Positions 1 to 12,483 of a DNA stretch of 64,000 nucleotides are shown piece by piece. The position numbers and the translations under genes are program-made. Origin of the DNA: Octopus vulgaris (lineage: Eukaryota); assembly GCA_951406725.2 (NCBI GenBank), contig OX597822.1, positions 41,540,001 through 41,604,000 on the forward strand. The letters run 5' to 3'. Numbering within the stretch: the stretch's first letter is position 1; each line of letters begins with the position of its first letter. Under the pieces are notes generated by a model. That model did not search any database. It was not told the DNA's origin and was given only the letters and a program-made list of their open reading frames with translations.

Positions 1-444
1 TAAAAACAAATTCATGTTTAGATTGACGACATACCGAAATAAAAAAATTTGGCTAAAAAGAAAAGGCACGCGAAAATAGATATTCGCCCTATATATTAAA
101 TTGAATATATTCATATATTTTTTTGCCGGACACGAATCCGTTTCTAACTGACCACGTTTAGAATAATACTTGTGATGCTACTCATATGCAGGAGACAGAA
201 GGAAAAGAAAATCATAAGAGGTATCAACTCATTATATACACACCAATGAAACCGAACAAGAAACCCGAAGAGATACAAACGTAAAAATGGAAATAAAACT
301 GAAATGATAAATTTTTTACTATCTATTTACCTCTAAAAGCATGTAAAAGGTAAGTAACTGTAAATAAAGTATTTAAAAAACAACCCACAGACTTGATTTC
401 ATATATCAGGTATGGATATCTATTTGCTATGTATATTAGCTATG

Positions 445-779
445 ACATGGTACGTGGTACTCCGTCGCTAACGACAACGAGGGTTTCAGTTGATCCGATT
501 AACGGGACAGCCTGCTTGTGAAATTAACGTGCAAGTGCCTGAGCACTCCACAGATACGCCTACCCTTAACGTGGTTCTCAGGGATATTCAGCGTGACACA
601 GAATGTGACAAGGCTGGCCCTTTGAAATACAGATACTACTCATTTTTGGTAGCTGAGTGAACTGGAGCAACGTCAAACAAAGAGTCCTGCTCAAGGACAC
701 AACGTGCTGCCGGGGTCCGAGCTCCCGATTTTACGATTGTGTGCTGAACACCTTAACCACTGAGCCATACGCCTTCACC
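445..779 (-). mobile_element. tRNA-derived SINE (family C, V-domain-like)
   Basis: Minus strand starts GTGAAGGCGTATGGCTCAGTGGTTAAGG (A-box-like), followed by a degenerate B-box and TGTGTCCTTGAGCAGG. Boundaries approximate. Confidence 0.7.
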
Positions 780-1101
780 TAAGCCATCAGAAATCAAGAC
801 TATAATATGATTTTATACACACACACACATACATGCTAGAGTTAAGAACAAGAATTAGATAAGATCCGGGCTACATATGTGTCATAGCAAGCGGAACCTC
901 GCAAGTGGTAAATATGCAAGCGAGGTGTATAGCGCAAGCTAAGCAAGGTGGTACATGTTAACACATGAAGAATTCAATCAGAATGTGTAGAGAGCACAGT
1001 AGGAGAAGAGAATATAAATGTCGAAAGAAATTATGATTAAAGGAAGGAAAAAGAAAAAAACATATAGGAGTGGGCAGAAAGAGGAATTTAAGCAAAGTCA
1101 A

Positions 1102-1530
1102 AGGCAGTGAGCTAGCAGAAACGTTAGCACGCCGGGCGAAATGCTTAGCGGTATTTCGTCTGCGTTACGTTGTGAGTTCAAATTTAACCGAGGTCGACTT
1201 TGCCTTTCATCCTTTCGGGGTCGATAAATTAAGTACCAGTTACGCACTGGGGTCGATATAATCGACTTAATCCGTCTGTCTGTCCTTGTTTGTCTCCTCT
1301 GTATTTAGCCCCTTGTGGGTAATAAAGAAATAGGTATTTCGTCTGCTGCTACGTTCTGAGTTCAAATTCCGCCGAGGTCGACTTTGCTTTTCATCCTCTC
1401 AGGGTCGATAAATTAAGTAATAGTTGCGTACTTGGGTCAATAAATTAAGTACCAATTGTGTACTGGGGTCGATTTAATCGACTGGCCCCTTCCCCCAACA
1501 TTTCGGACTTTGTGCCTAGAGTAGAAAAGA
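1102..1530 (+). mobile_element. SINE family A (tRNA head plus GCCTTTCATCCTTTCGGGGTCGATAAA central domain), with internal partial duplication
   Basis: GGCAGTGAGCTAGCAGAAACGTTAGCACGCCGGGCGAAATGCTTAGCGGTATTTCGTC...GAGTTCAAAT. The body repeats from about 1333. The same family recurs at 12125, 16329, 31500, 46430, 47891 and 51935. Confidence 0.85.
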
Positions 1531-1916
1531 ATTTAAGCAAGGTCATTTGACCGGTAGTATTCAATGGTGTTGTTTTGGCTGAATCACAGAAATTAGCAAG
1601 GGGAGTGGTATTTGGAAAAAGATAATCTGGAGTGGAGAGGATGAGGAAATATTTGTATGCATGAAGAAAGCGAGGCAGAACGGGCGAGAATCGTGGCGGC
1701 TACTACCAGCAATCAATTAAGGTGTGTATATTGTGTGCAGTGAGCGTGTTAACAGTATGAAGTAGTAAAGGTATATGTTGGTGTATGTTCTTGTAAGTTT
1801 ACAAAGGAGAGGTAGGAGAGAGGAGGCAGGTGAAATAAGTGGAAAAAAATTATAAATGGTAAGGTAAGATACAGAGAGAAGTATGTAAATGACAAAAAGG
1901 AATTAAAGGGAAACTA

Positions 1917-1949
<33 letters not shown>

Positions 1950-2049
1950 ACTTTTTTAAAAAGTTCCTACCGATAATGGTTATATTTCCATACCGAAATC
2001 TACCCGGAAATAATTGTTGGTTTTAAAATTAATAATTATTTACCCTTAT

Positions 2050-2101
<52 letters not shown>

Positions 2102-2128
2102 TATCCATAGATTCATAACATATACATA

Positions 2129-3339
2129 TTAGGTCATCAAGTATGAAATTTCTAGTAAGGTATATGCCAAACTTTGACAGCTGCTTATTTTGCGCCATTA
2201 TTATATTTTGACTGACACATCTATTTCTTTATTCTAACTCTTTTTGCGCTTTATAAAGTATTTTATAAGTCTTTTTTTATTTTGCAGATGGATAAGTTGG
2301 AAATTTGTACAGTTTCGAAATATCAGTTCTTTCTTGGAAGTACAGCTTCACAGACAGCTCGGAATAATAATGGAGTATTTCATTCTACGGTTATTACACA
2401 GCAGACAGTGTCAAATTGGTTTCCAAAATTGTGTTCTGGTAACTTTGACCTCACAAATGAGCAACGCGGTCGACCAAAAACAAAGGTAGATAATGACGAT
2501 CTGAAAACCACAGTCGAGTCAGATCCATTTCAAAGTGCTCATGAATTATTGTTGTTGTTTGGTGTCAGCAAGCAAACAATACTGACTCATCTAGTTCAAA
2601 TCAGTAAAGTGAAAAAGTTGGATAACTGGGTTCCACATGAACTCAATGAAAATCAGAAACAGCAACGTTTGGAAGCCTGCATTATGCTACTTTCTCGTCA
2701 CAAAAAGGAATCATTTTTGAATCGAATTGTAACATGTGATGAGAAATAGATCCAATACAACAACCGTAAGCGTTCAGCACAATGGTTGGACAAAGATGAG
2801 CCACCAAAACACAGTCCAAAAATCAAAATTCATCAAAAGAATCTGATGGTGTGTTTGGTGGTCTGGTGCAGGTATGATCTGTTATTATTTCATTAAAGCT
2901 TGCTCATCAATAACGGCAGAAGCTTACAAAAAAAAAACAGTCTAGATTAGTCAACAGATTCACTCCTATTTTATTGCAAGACAACGCCAAACCACACATC
3001 GCAAAAATGACATTGGTGAAACTATGGGTGTTGGAGTTGGAAGTTACCCATCATACTCACCTAATCTTGCTCCCATTGACTACCACTTCTTCCAGAATTT
3101 GGATAACTTTTTGATAGGAAAAAATTTTTATTCCGACGATGCTGTAAAACAGGCCTTCCAAGATTTTATTGACTAGATTGCCAGGGTTTTACAGTTTCGG
3201 GCTGGACAAGCTACCGCTGAAATGGCAAAAGTGTATTGACAATATGGGTGCATACTTTGATGAATAAAACTAGTCTATGTATTCATAAAACATTATCAAA
3301 CTGTTTTCTTTTCTACAAATTTCATACTTGACGACTTAA
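2129..3339 (+). mobile_element. Full-length mariner transposon, defective
   Basis: 27-bp TIRs (TTAGGTCATCAAGTATGAAATTTCTAG / CTACAAATTTCATACTTGACGACTTAA, 3 mismatches) with TA on both sides. Transposase remnants include RGRPK, WVPHEL, IVTCDEK, QDNAKPH and a YSPNLAPIDYHFF-like segment. Premature stop at 2747-2749 and frameshifts downstream. Confidence 0.95.
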
Positions 3340-3379
3340 TATGTACATATATATACATATATTTATACATACATACATA

Positions 3380-3404
<25 letters not shown>

Positions 3405-3416
<12 letters not shown>

Positions 3417-3663
3417 TAATAAATAAAATATATGCATACATACATACATATAATGTACCTACATCTACATGTATATATACATGCATATATAAATATATAT
3501 ATGTGAGTACAGGACACCACAAATAGACGTAGAACTCAACGAGAAACGAAAACGTAAAAACAAACATGGAAACGGACTTTTTTTAACAACGAAAAGCAGA
3601 GTACAAGACAAACAATACAAGGAAAATTCCCCTTCATCAGCTGTCCCTAGTTCGACTCCATGC
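3405..3663. mobile_element. Short non-coding repeat in a (TA)n tract, homologous to 57990-58420
   Basis: Shares GTACCTACATCTA, AGGACACCA, CATGGAAACGGAC and AAAATTCCCCTTC blocks with 57990-58245. Truncated by a SINE at 3664. Confidence 0.6.
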
Positions 3664-3818
3664 GTAGGAGTGTCTGTGTGGTGAGTAGCTTGCTTACGAA
3701 TCACATGGTTCCTGGTTCAGTCCTACTGCGTGGAAACTTGGGCAAGTGTCTTCTACTATAGCCTCAGGCCGACCAAAGCCTTGTGAGTGGATTTGGCAGA
3801 CGGAAACTGAAAGAAGTC

Positions 3819-3880
<62 letters not shown>

Positions 3881-4130
3881 ATGTGTGTCTGTGTTTGTGT
3901 GTCTTGTGCTTGTCGCCCCCCCCCCCCGCCCAACATCGCTTGACAACCGATGCTGGTGTGTTTACGTCCCCGTAACTTAGCGGTTCGGCAAAAGAGACCG
4001 ATAGAATAAGTTCTGGGCTTACAAAGAATAAGTCCTGGGGTCGATTTGCTACTTTCTCGTCACTAAAGGTGGAGCTCCAGCATGGCCACAGTCAAATGAC
4101 TGAAACAAGTAAAAGAGTAAAGAGTAAAAA
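3664..4130 (+). mobile_element. SINE family B (tRNA head, internal TA/GT microsatellite)
   Basis: GGAGTG(G)CTGTGTGGT(A)AGTAGCTTGCTTAC...GGTTCAGTCC...TTGGGCAAGTGTCTTCTACTATAGCC...GGATTTGGCAGACGGAAACTGAAAGAAG, ending in an (AAAGAGT)n-like tail. About 12 full or partial copies in the window. Confidence 0.85.
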
Positions 4131-5174
4131 GAGTATGTATTATTATATACTGCTCTAAGGTGGTTCCAATGAATTGGGTAAAAATCTGTGATCTACAAAG
4201 CGGATTGCGTTGCGTTGTTAGGACACTCTGTTCCCATAACAGCTCCATTGAACTGTTTGTAAAACTCACCAGAAAGCGAGAAACAACGGAGAGTATAGAC
4301 GAGTTCGATAAGGTAGAGGAATATGATTATCAAAGGCGGCACCTCAGTAATTTGGTGGATTCCTTCTGGCACAACAACCCGCTCGCCAACAGCAAGCTAT
4401 GTAAGAACTTTACAAACCACAACAGCGAAACAACTTATATGAAACTCATCTCCTTTAACTCTCCCTCTCTACATCTGTTACAAATCTCATCGTTCTCACA
4501 ACTTGCACATGGACCATTTATTTTCGCCTCAAAATCCACAAAAATCAACAATCCCGAGAGTAGCTGTGAGTATTCAATATCCGACCACGATGAGGTGGAG
4601 GGGGAAGTTAAAGTAAACGAATCTACGTAAGGTTGTGAAGAATTGTTTCTCTGGTTGTGGCTAGTAAAGCTTTAAGTAACTTGCTCAAGAAGTGACGGTT
4701 GAGGAATTGATAGCACCCATCAGACCACCAGCGCGCCGCTCTTGTCGAATAATGATGCTCCAGTTGCAAAGTTCCCAGAATTTATCAAGTTCCGATGTTC
4801 TTTTTAATATTGAAGACACCCAATTAACATTGACACTTGTCTACAGATAGATCAATTAAGTGATGGAGATAGAGGTCGGGTGTCTTGCTAGGGCGATGTC
4901 TCATAAAGTTGGTAAAATCGCTTTCTGCCAACAGTTCCAGTCTCCTGTTATAGAAGAACGCCATTTATTGGGACCAACGAAAAATAGAAATTAATGATAT
5001 TCTTTATTTACGTGAAGAAATTTGTTAATTCCATTTCCTATCTACGGATACTATGGAGATAATAATGTATATCCAGTAGCAAGAGCATTTCCACTGTGTG
5101 ATGACATCAGGTAGCCATTAACTGTGGACGAGCTTTGCATGGCATTGTACAAAATCTTTACCCGAATCTTTATT

Positions 5175-5204
<30 letters not shown>

Positions 5205-5206
<2 letters not shown>

Positions 5207-5613
5207 CTCCTTTACATGTTTCAGTGATTTGACTGTGGCCATGCTGGACCACCGTATTTAGTCGAGCAAATCGACCCCAGGACTTATTCTTTGTAAGCTT
5301 AGTACTTATTCTATCGGTCTCTTTTACCGAACTGCTAAGTTACGGGGACGTAAACACACCAGCATCGGTTGTCAAGCGATGCTGGGGAACAAACACAGAC
5401 ACACAAACACATACACACGCATATATATATACATATATATACATATATACGACGGGCTTCTTTCAGTTTCCGTCTACCAAATCCACTCACAAAGTTTTGG
5501 TCGGCCCTAGGGTATAGTAGAAGATATTTGCTCAAGGTGCCACGCAGTGGGACTGAACCCGGAACCATGTGGTTCGTAAGCAAGCTACTTACCACACAGC
5601 CACTCCTACGCCT
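5205..5613 (-). mobile_element. SINE family B
   Basis: Reverse-complement copy of 3664-4130. Confidence 0.85.
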
Positions 5614-5727
5614 ATATATATATATAGGGCGGGGGGAGAATTCACAAAAAAAAAAGACAAAAGACGAAGACAGGTGGTGTTGACAACAAACAGATGTATT
5701 AGTTTAACGCTCGGTAAGTGAAAAAGT

Positions 5728-5763
5728 CTTTAACGTTTCGAGCTAACGCTCTTCCACAGAAAG
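5728..5763 (-). ncRNA. Hammerhead-ribozyme-like motif with variant core (CUGUGGA)
   Basis: Minus strand reads CTTT-CTGTGGA-A-GAGC(gtta)GCTC-GAAAC-GTT-AAAG. Stems I and II pair and stem III is the palindrome ACGT. Lies inside a repeat at about 5627-5845. Confidence 0.55.
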
Positions 5764-6135
5764 GAACACAGAAAGAAACAAGGAGAGAAAAGAAAGAATG
5801 GATAGTGGCTAGCGATCCAGCATAGCGAATGCCGGACAGAGAAGGAAAATAAGTCAAAGTAGAAAATGGTAAAATAATTTTATTCGTTTTCAGTCATTGC
5901 ACTTTTTCAACTTAGAGTAAAGCATGAAAAACAATTAAATTGTGGAAAAAATTAAATGAAATTTTTTTTTAAATATTTCCATAGTTTTCAAATACAGTGG
6001 ACATTTTCCTTTCTTTCTGTCTCTGTTTCACTTTCATTTACTCTTGTGAAGGCTTAGTAGTAGGTAGTAGGTTGTAACGGATCTAAAAGAATATTTGATA
6101 TGAGGTATGAGGGATGTGAGTTCTTGGTTTTGATT

Positions 6136-6191
<56 letters not shown>

Positions 6192-6340
6192 GTGTGTGTG
6201 TGTATGTATGTATATATACATACATACACACACACACACATACATATAACGAGAGAGAGAGAGTGTATGTATGTGTGTTTTATGCGGTACGTGTATAATC
6301 CTAGTTAGATATTGTCCATATATATATATTTTTTTTATTT

Positions 6341-6392
<52 letters not shown>

Positions 6393-7384
6393 CTCACTAA
6401 GTCCTCACTTTACATAAATCTATGTAAAGTGAGGACTAGACCAACATTGAACATACTTTAGAACCAACAAAATTACTGCAACACCACCACCGATAGGACC
6501 ACTACTACCAATATTTCTACAGTACTTCTACTACCAACACCAACACCACCAACATCACCACCGCCATCGCTACTACTACTACAGCAACATCCACTACTAC
6601 TACTGCTACTACTGCTGCTGCTGCTGCTGCTGTTTATCTTAACTATCTTACGCCATTACCATATGATACCTGAAACTTTATCAATAACACATGATATGTG
6701 CTGCGGTCGTTGGTGTCACTCTTGTTGTTGTTGCTGTTGTTGTTGTTGAGGCTGTTGTTATTGCTGTTATTGCAGTTGTCCAGGTTTCTTTTAGGATTTT
6801 TTTTTTGCTTGTCTGGTGAGTTCAAGTGACGTTGTTGCTATTATAATTTTTCTTCATGTTGTTGCTACTGCTGTCTTGGGGGGCACTGAAGTATTTGTGC
6901 AGCTGCCTTTTCCTTACCTGGTCAGATGATATTGTACTCATGGTGTGGTGGTGGGTGTGGTGGTGGTGGTGGTGGTGTAGTTTTTGTAGGGACATTGTGA
7001 TGACAACTGTAGTAGTCGAGGTTGATGCCAAACCTGGTCGAACAGACCCATCACCAAAGCAATCCATTCACGACCATCCCATCTTTTGTAAGGTACCCAG
7101 GACTACATCATATACTGTGTGTCATTTCCAAACCTGGCTGCTATTTCGAGTGACCACGTAAAGGCCTTTAAGGTTTCAACGGTGTATTTTGAAGATGATA
7201 CTATACAGATTCATAATTGAAAGAAACAGGAATTGTTACAATTGTAGTGGAAAGTATATAAAGAGAGGACCCCGAACATTATTATGTTAATGGTCGGTGA
7301 ACTCTGGGGTATGGAATTCTGATTTCCATTCAAGTGGTATTTTTGGTGAGAATTTTTGGTGAAGAATATTTTGTGTATAGCGAC

Positions 7385-8375
7385 AGTTCCATACCAACTG
7401 TGTGTGATATCTGTACCATCATACAAGATGTGTGTACCAGCGGTACCACCATACTGGATGAGTGTACTAGCAGTACCGAAATGCTAGAAGCGTGGAGCAG
7501 GAGTACCATCAAAACAGAATCGTGTACTAGCAATATCATTGTACGAGATGCGTACAGTAGCACACCAGATGTGTGTAGTAGCAATACCAGATGTGTGTAC
7601 GAGAAGCGTGTAGCAGCAGTATCATCAAACCAGATGTGTGTACTAGCAGTACCATCATACCAGATGTGTGTACTAGCAGTACCATCGTACCAGATGTGTG
7701 TACTAGCAGTGCCATCATACCAGATGTGTGTACTAGCAGTACCATCGTACGAGATGCGTGTAGCAGAAGTACCAGCAACCCAGATGTGTGTAATTAGCAG
7801 TGCCATCAGATGTGTACAGCAGTACAACCATTGCTCCAGATATTTGTAGTGGCTGTACCATCATTTTGGAAGATATGTACTAGCAGTACCATCATACCAG
7901 ATATGCATACTAGCAGTCCTATCAAACTAGGTATGTGTACTAGATGTACCATCATAGTGGATGTGTGTACTAGCAATACTATCACGCCAGATCTGTGTAT
8001 TCGCAATGCTATTGCAACAGGTGTGCGTACTCGTAGTGCCATCATGCTATTTATGTGCATCATCATAATAGATATATGTAACAGCGGTACCACTATATCA
8101 GATGTTTGTACTAACAGTACCATCATGCTTGATTCGTGTCGTAACAGTACCATCAAACCAGATGTGTGTACTACTAGTGCCATCAGACGAGATACGTGTT
8201 CTATTTCTGGTTGTGTGTAGTAGCAGGGCCATCATTCTAGATGTGCGTTCTAGCAATACTATCACACCAGATATATGTACTTTCTGTGCCATCACACCAG
8301 TTGTACGTAGTAGTGGTACCACCATACTAGATGTGTGTTCTAGGAGTACCGTCATACTAAAATCGTAAGCTGTAC
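7385..8375. repeat. 30-bp minisatellite, roughly 30-33 units
   Basis: Consensus ACCATCATACCAGATGTGTGTACTAGCAGT. Units are near-identical at 7621-7770 and diverge toward both ends. Confidence 0.95.
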
Positions 8376-9179
8376 TCAAATGCGAAGTACACTGTTAATA
8401 CGTTCATGATTCGGAGGCGTGTATCGCTTGTGCTGCTTGAAGTGGTAACTTTATCCTTGTGACAGTCACAGAACTGAAGAGACGAAATGAAGGGTTTATC
8501 GCGCCTTTTATCTCTATAAACGCAGAATCGACATAAATTATAAGTTGAAACGGCTCCCCGTGAAATTCGAAACTTAACTCCCTGGTCTGGCCGACCAATG
8601 CATTAATACGAGATCAATCGGCCCACGATGCATGCTGTTTTATCCTTAATCTCATAAAACATTGATGTATCATACATCATACAAAGAGCGGAGGCGTTCT
8701 AGCAGAGTTATTAAAGACTGATTCATAACAAATGATTAACTGGAGGACTCTGGGATTGATCCTCGCTTGAAAAGCCCATTTATTGCGCTGTTTTAGTCAA
8801 ATCAAAGCAATGTTTGCTCGAAATGCAATGTCTAAAAGGAAAGTTAAACAAAATGAAGTTGTATAACCTGCCATTAGTATGGTTAAAGCAACGCTTGAGT
8901 GACTAATAATGTGTGTTTAGTGTGTACATAATGTGGATTGCATGTCGCCATTGGATTCCGCTAAACTTTCATAACTTGGTCTTCTTCCTGTTGTTGGCGG
9001 CGGCAGAGTTGTGTCGTCGCAGAGTCAGCTTCAAGCAAATTAGCTGTAGTTTCGTATTCAATGACGGACGATGTTCAACCAATGATGCTAATTACATCAC
9101 CTTCGTCTTCCTCACACTTTCACGCTCATAAACACACGCTTACATACATAGCAAAACGCCACCCACTCATATACACATT

Positions 9180-9191
9180 TTCTTTCTCTTT

Positions 9192-9270
<79 letters not shown>

Positions 9271-9357
9271 TCTGTCTCTTTCTCTCTCTCACTCTCTCTT
9301 TCTTTCTCTTTCTCTCTCTCTCTCTTTCTCTTTCTCTCTCTCACTCTCTCTTTCTTT

Positions 9358-9402
<45 letters not shown>
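9180..9402. repeat. (CT)n-rich microsatellite
   Basis: Direct inspection. Confidence 0.9.
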
Positions 9403-9403
<1 letters not shown>

Positions 9404-9587
9404 AGATTTTCTCTCTTTTATTCCCTTTCTGCCACTCATTCACACACATACACTCACACAGTTTCGTTTCCCATTCATTCACATATCCATACGCTTATAG
9501 CTATTTGGGAGACTTTACACATGAATCTAAACACACACCTAGACACATTTATACCCTGCTGTTATTGTATGTTTTTACTCGATACAT

Positions 9588-9660
<73 letters not shown>

Positions 9661-10526
9661 CTTGCTCAAATCTAAAATATATATTTTCACATATATCTAC
9701 ATATAACTATGCATTCATCTACATCCATAACTATACACATATTTGCACCCATATCTATACACATATATATACACATATATTTACTCAAATACCCAAACAC
9801 CTATTCACACACAGGGAAACATATCTACACAAATCCTCACACACACACACACACACACATGCCTAGTCCCATGTCTACACATATATCTACACATATATCT
9901 GCACACACATATGTACATATAACATTCGTTAATAAATGCGCTTTTATACAGTTTTATATGAGTGTGTAAAGTCTCTACACACCACCCTGTTTATTTTATC
10001 TGGTTCAGTTTCCAATAAACCTCCCAAATATGGTGGGATCGAACCTGAACTCTCGGTGTAGCTCACTGTCTTATGTTTCACATTATTCTACGGATCACAG
10101 CGTGCACTTTTGATTGCTGTAATACCACGACTTGTAAGAGCTTTCAAACCGGGAACAACTGCCAAAGATGATTTCAAATCTAGACAGTCTTCCATGAAAA
10201 TGGACAACGAAAGCCCGTACGGTGATCCATAAAAATAAACCACCGTCTGACACTTGTAAAACTTCTGAAAAAGAGAGCATTTGTAAAAATTCGTGCTGCA
10301 TGATATTAAAAGAAAAATTAGAACTGCAAAAATTGGCTGACAGAAAAATGAGAAGATAATTAAATTGCTGCCAATGAGGAGTTGTTAAAAAATTTGAATA
10401 TCAACGAAAACACCTTTCAAAATGTGCCAAAAAGCAGTTGTCGCATTGGGTTAGGTCCTTGTCGCAACAACCAAATTTAAAAAAAGTTAAAATCATTCAA
10501 ATGCGAAGATGATATTAGTCATTTTT

Positions 10527-10908
10527 TTTATTACTTCCGCCTTATGGAAGGCGGGGGTATTGTTTTCAGTCGTGTTTGTTTGTTTGTTTGTTTGTCTGTG
10601 ACAAGATATCTCAAGAACCGCTGGATGGATTCGGATGAAACTTTCAGGAATGTTTGGCGTCGTGACTGGTTCGAACTGATTAGATTTTGGGATCGATCTG
10701 GTGCCGGACAAATATTCTGGATTATTATTATTTTTTTTTTTTTACTTAATTTTCGAGAGCAGTCGGGTTCATTTTTAGTATCCTCGTTTGTGAGAGCAGT
10801 CGAGTTTATTTCAGATATTCTTATTTTAAAAATCATCTCTGGTTAATTGTTGAGAGGACATTGGTGTTGCCTTGGCGGAGGTTTGCACTCTCTGAGTACT
10901 CTTGCTAT
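10527..10908 (+). mobile_element. Non-autonomous Helentron-type element (HINE/DINE-1-like)
   Basis: 5' TTATTACTTCCGCC with adjacent inverted copy GGCGGGGGT, internal (GTTT)n, 3' subterminal inverted repeat TTGGCGGAGGT followed by hairpin GCACTC-TCT-GAGTAC. Inserted at a T-run. Confidence 0.75.
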
Positions 10909-12124
10909 TACCATGTTTACTGGAAGGGCGTTGTTGACTACTAAAGACTTTAGATTATTCTAAGTTGACCACTGAAGCCAGATAAAGACGCAATCATCTT
11001 TGTGTTATAATGAAGTAGAGACTGTCCTACAAACATTTGTTCGTATTCTCAATAGTTCGTCGGCTGGGCCATAGGAAAGATTTAGTTCTTCCTTACTTCA
11101 GCTTGAACAATGAATTATAGCTTTTTAGCGTTGTTCTATTTTCTCCGCCACCATTTTAGTTGTGAAATTCTTTCTACGCCCAATTATAAGTTCGCTACTA
11201 ATTCTCTCATATGTTTAATTCTTTCTACTACTAATTCGCTTATTATATCTTACCCTCTCTACTCTGATTTTGAATCCAAAAAGTATCTGTTGTTTATATT
11301 CGACTTCTGACACCTCACTGATCCTGTCCTTGTAGGGTTTCCGGGCAGTAAATGACGAGTTTTGCTTTCAGTAACCGGACTTCGGCCTTTGCGTTTTATC
11401 TAAGCAGACTGTCCAGATCAGAAAATTATGAACTGTGTAACCACCGAAAATACAAGCAACATACGATATGGGGACCCATTACGTTTTTCACCGTTGACAC
11501 ACCATCGTAATCTAACCGGTATTTGTCAATTTACAACATTTGGATTGAAAGAGTCGTCTGAGACTTTTTGTCGACATTGTGTCATCTTCCAAATTCACTC
11601 ACAAGGTTTTGGCCTGACCGAATCTAAAGTAGAAGACACTCGCGCAAGGTGCCACGCAGGGGGACTGACCTCGGATCCATATGATTGAGAAACAAACTTC
11701 TTCATATATCCACACCTGCACCAATTCCTGACATTAATAAAGGTATTGCTTTTCTTCATAGTTATAGTTGTCACATTCGACTTTTCTCAAAGATTTTTCC
11801 TATTTTCGTTTTTTTGAATAAAGTATTTCTCCATCTTATGTCGATTGGTGATTTGTTCCGATTCCTGCGTGAGAAGATATATCTTTAAAGGTATCAAAGA
11901 GATACCACTAAAGAAACCACAAATATTTCTGCTACGCTAAACGTAGCTAAAAACACGAAATCTAACACGGAATCGCGTATAAAACAGTTTACAGTAAAAC
12001 TACAAAGAAAAAAGCGGTCAGCTGGATCACAAACAAATGTGAAAATCCAAAAGCAGTGAAAGTCACATTTGATATCGAATAATAATTTTTTCTTTATCTT
12101 TCACAGGAGTATCGAGTGAGAGTT

Positions 12125-12433
12125 ATTCTTTTCTACTCTAGGCATAAGGCCCGAAATGTTGGGGGAGGAGGCCAGTAGATTAGAACGACACAGTATGCAA
12201 CTGGTACTTAATTTATCCACCCAGAAAGGATGAAAGGTAAAGTCGGCCCGGCGGAATTTTTAACTCAGAACGTAAGGACACACGAAATACCGCTAAGCAT
12301 TTTGTCAGTGTGGTAACGGTTCAACCAGCTCGAGGCTATTGTAGAAGACACTGGCCCAAGGTGCCCTCAGTGGAATTGAACCCGGAACTATGTGGTTGGT
12401 AAGCAAGCTACTTACCACACAGCCACTCCTTCG

Positions 12434-12435
<2 letters not shown>
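12125..12435 (-). mobile_element. SINE family A joined to a SINE family B head
   Basis: Family A body at 12125-12335 and family B head at 12335-12435. Confidence 0.75.

Positions 12436-12480
<45 letters not shown>

Positions 12481-12483
<3 letters not shown>

Noticed and set aside
850-1920. Possible very old Penelope-like remnant on the minus strand
   Set aside because: Only faint peptide resemblance by eye, too weak to call.
4160-4630. 156-aa ORF
   Set aside because: No recognisable motif, and it lies within a decayed inverted-repeat structure.
7385-8375. CRISPR-like regular ~30-bp repeats
   Set aside because: Units abut directly with no unique spacers, there are no cas genes, and the context is eukaryotic. 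It is a minisatellite.
10000-10480. Possible decayed mariner N-terminal remnant
   Set aside because: No TIRs or clear motifs recovered.
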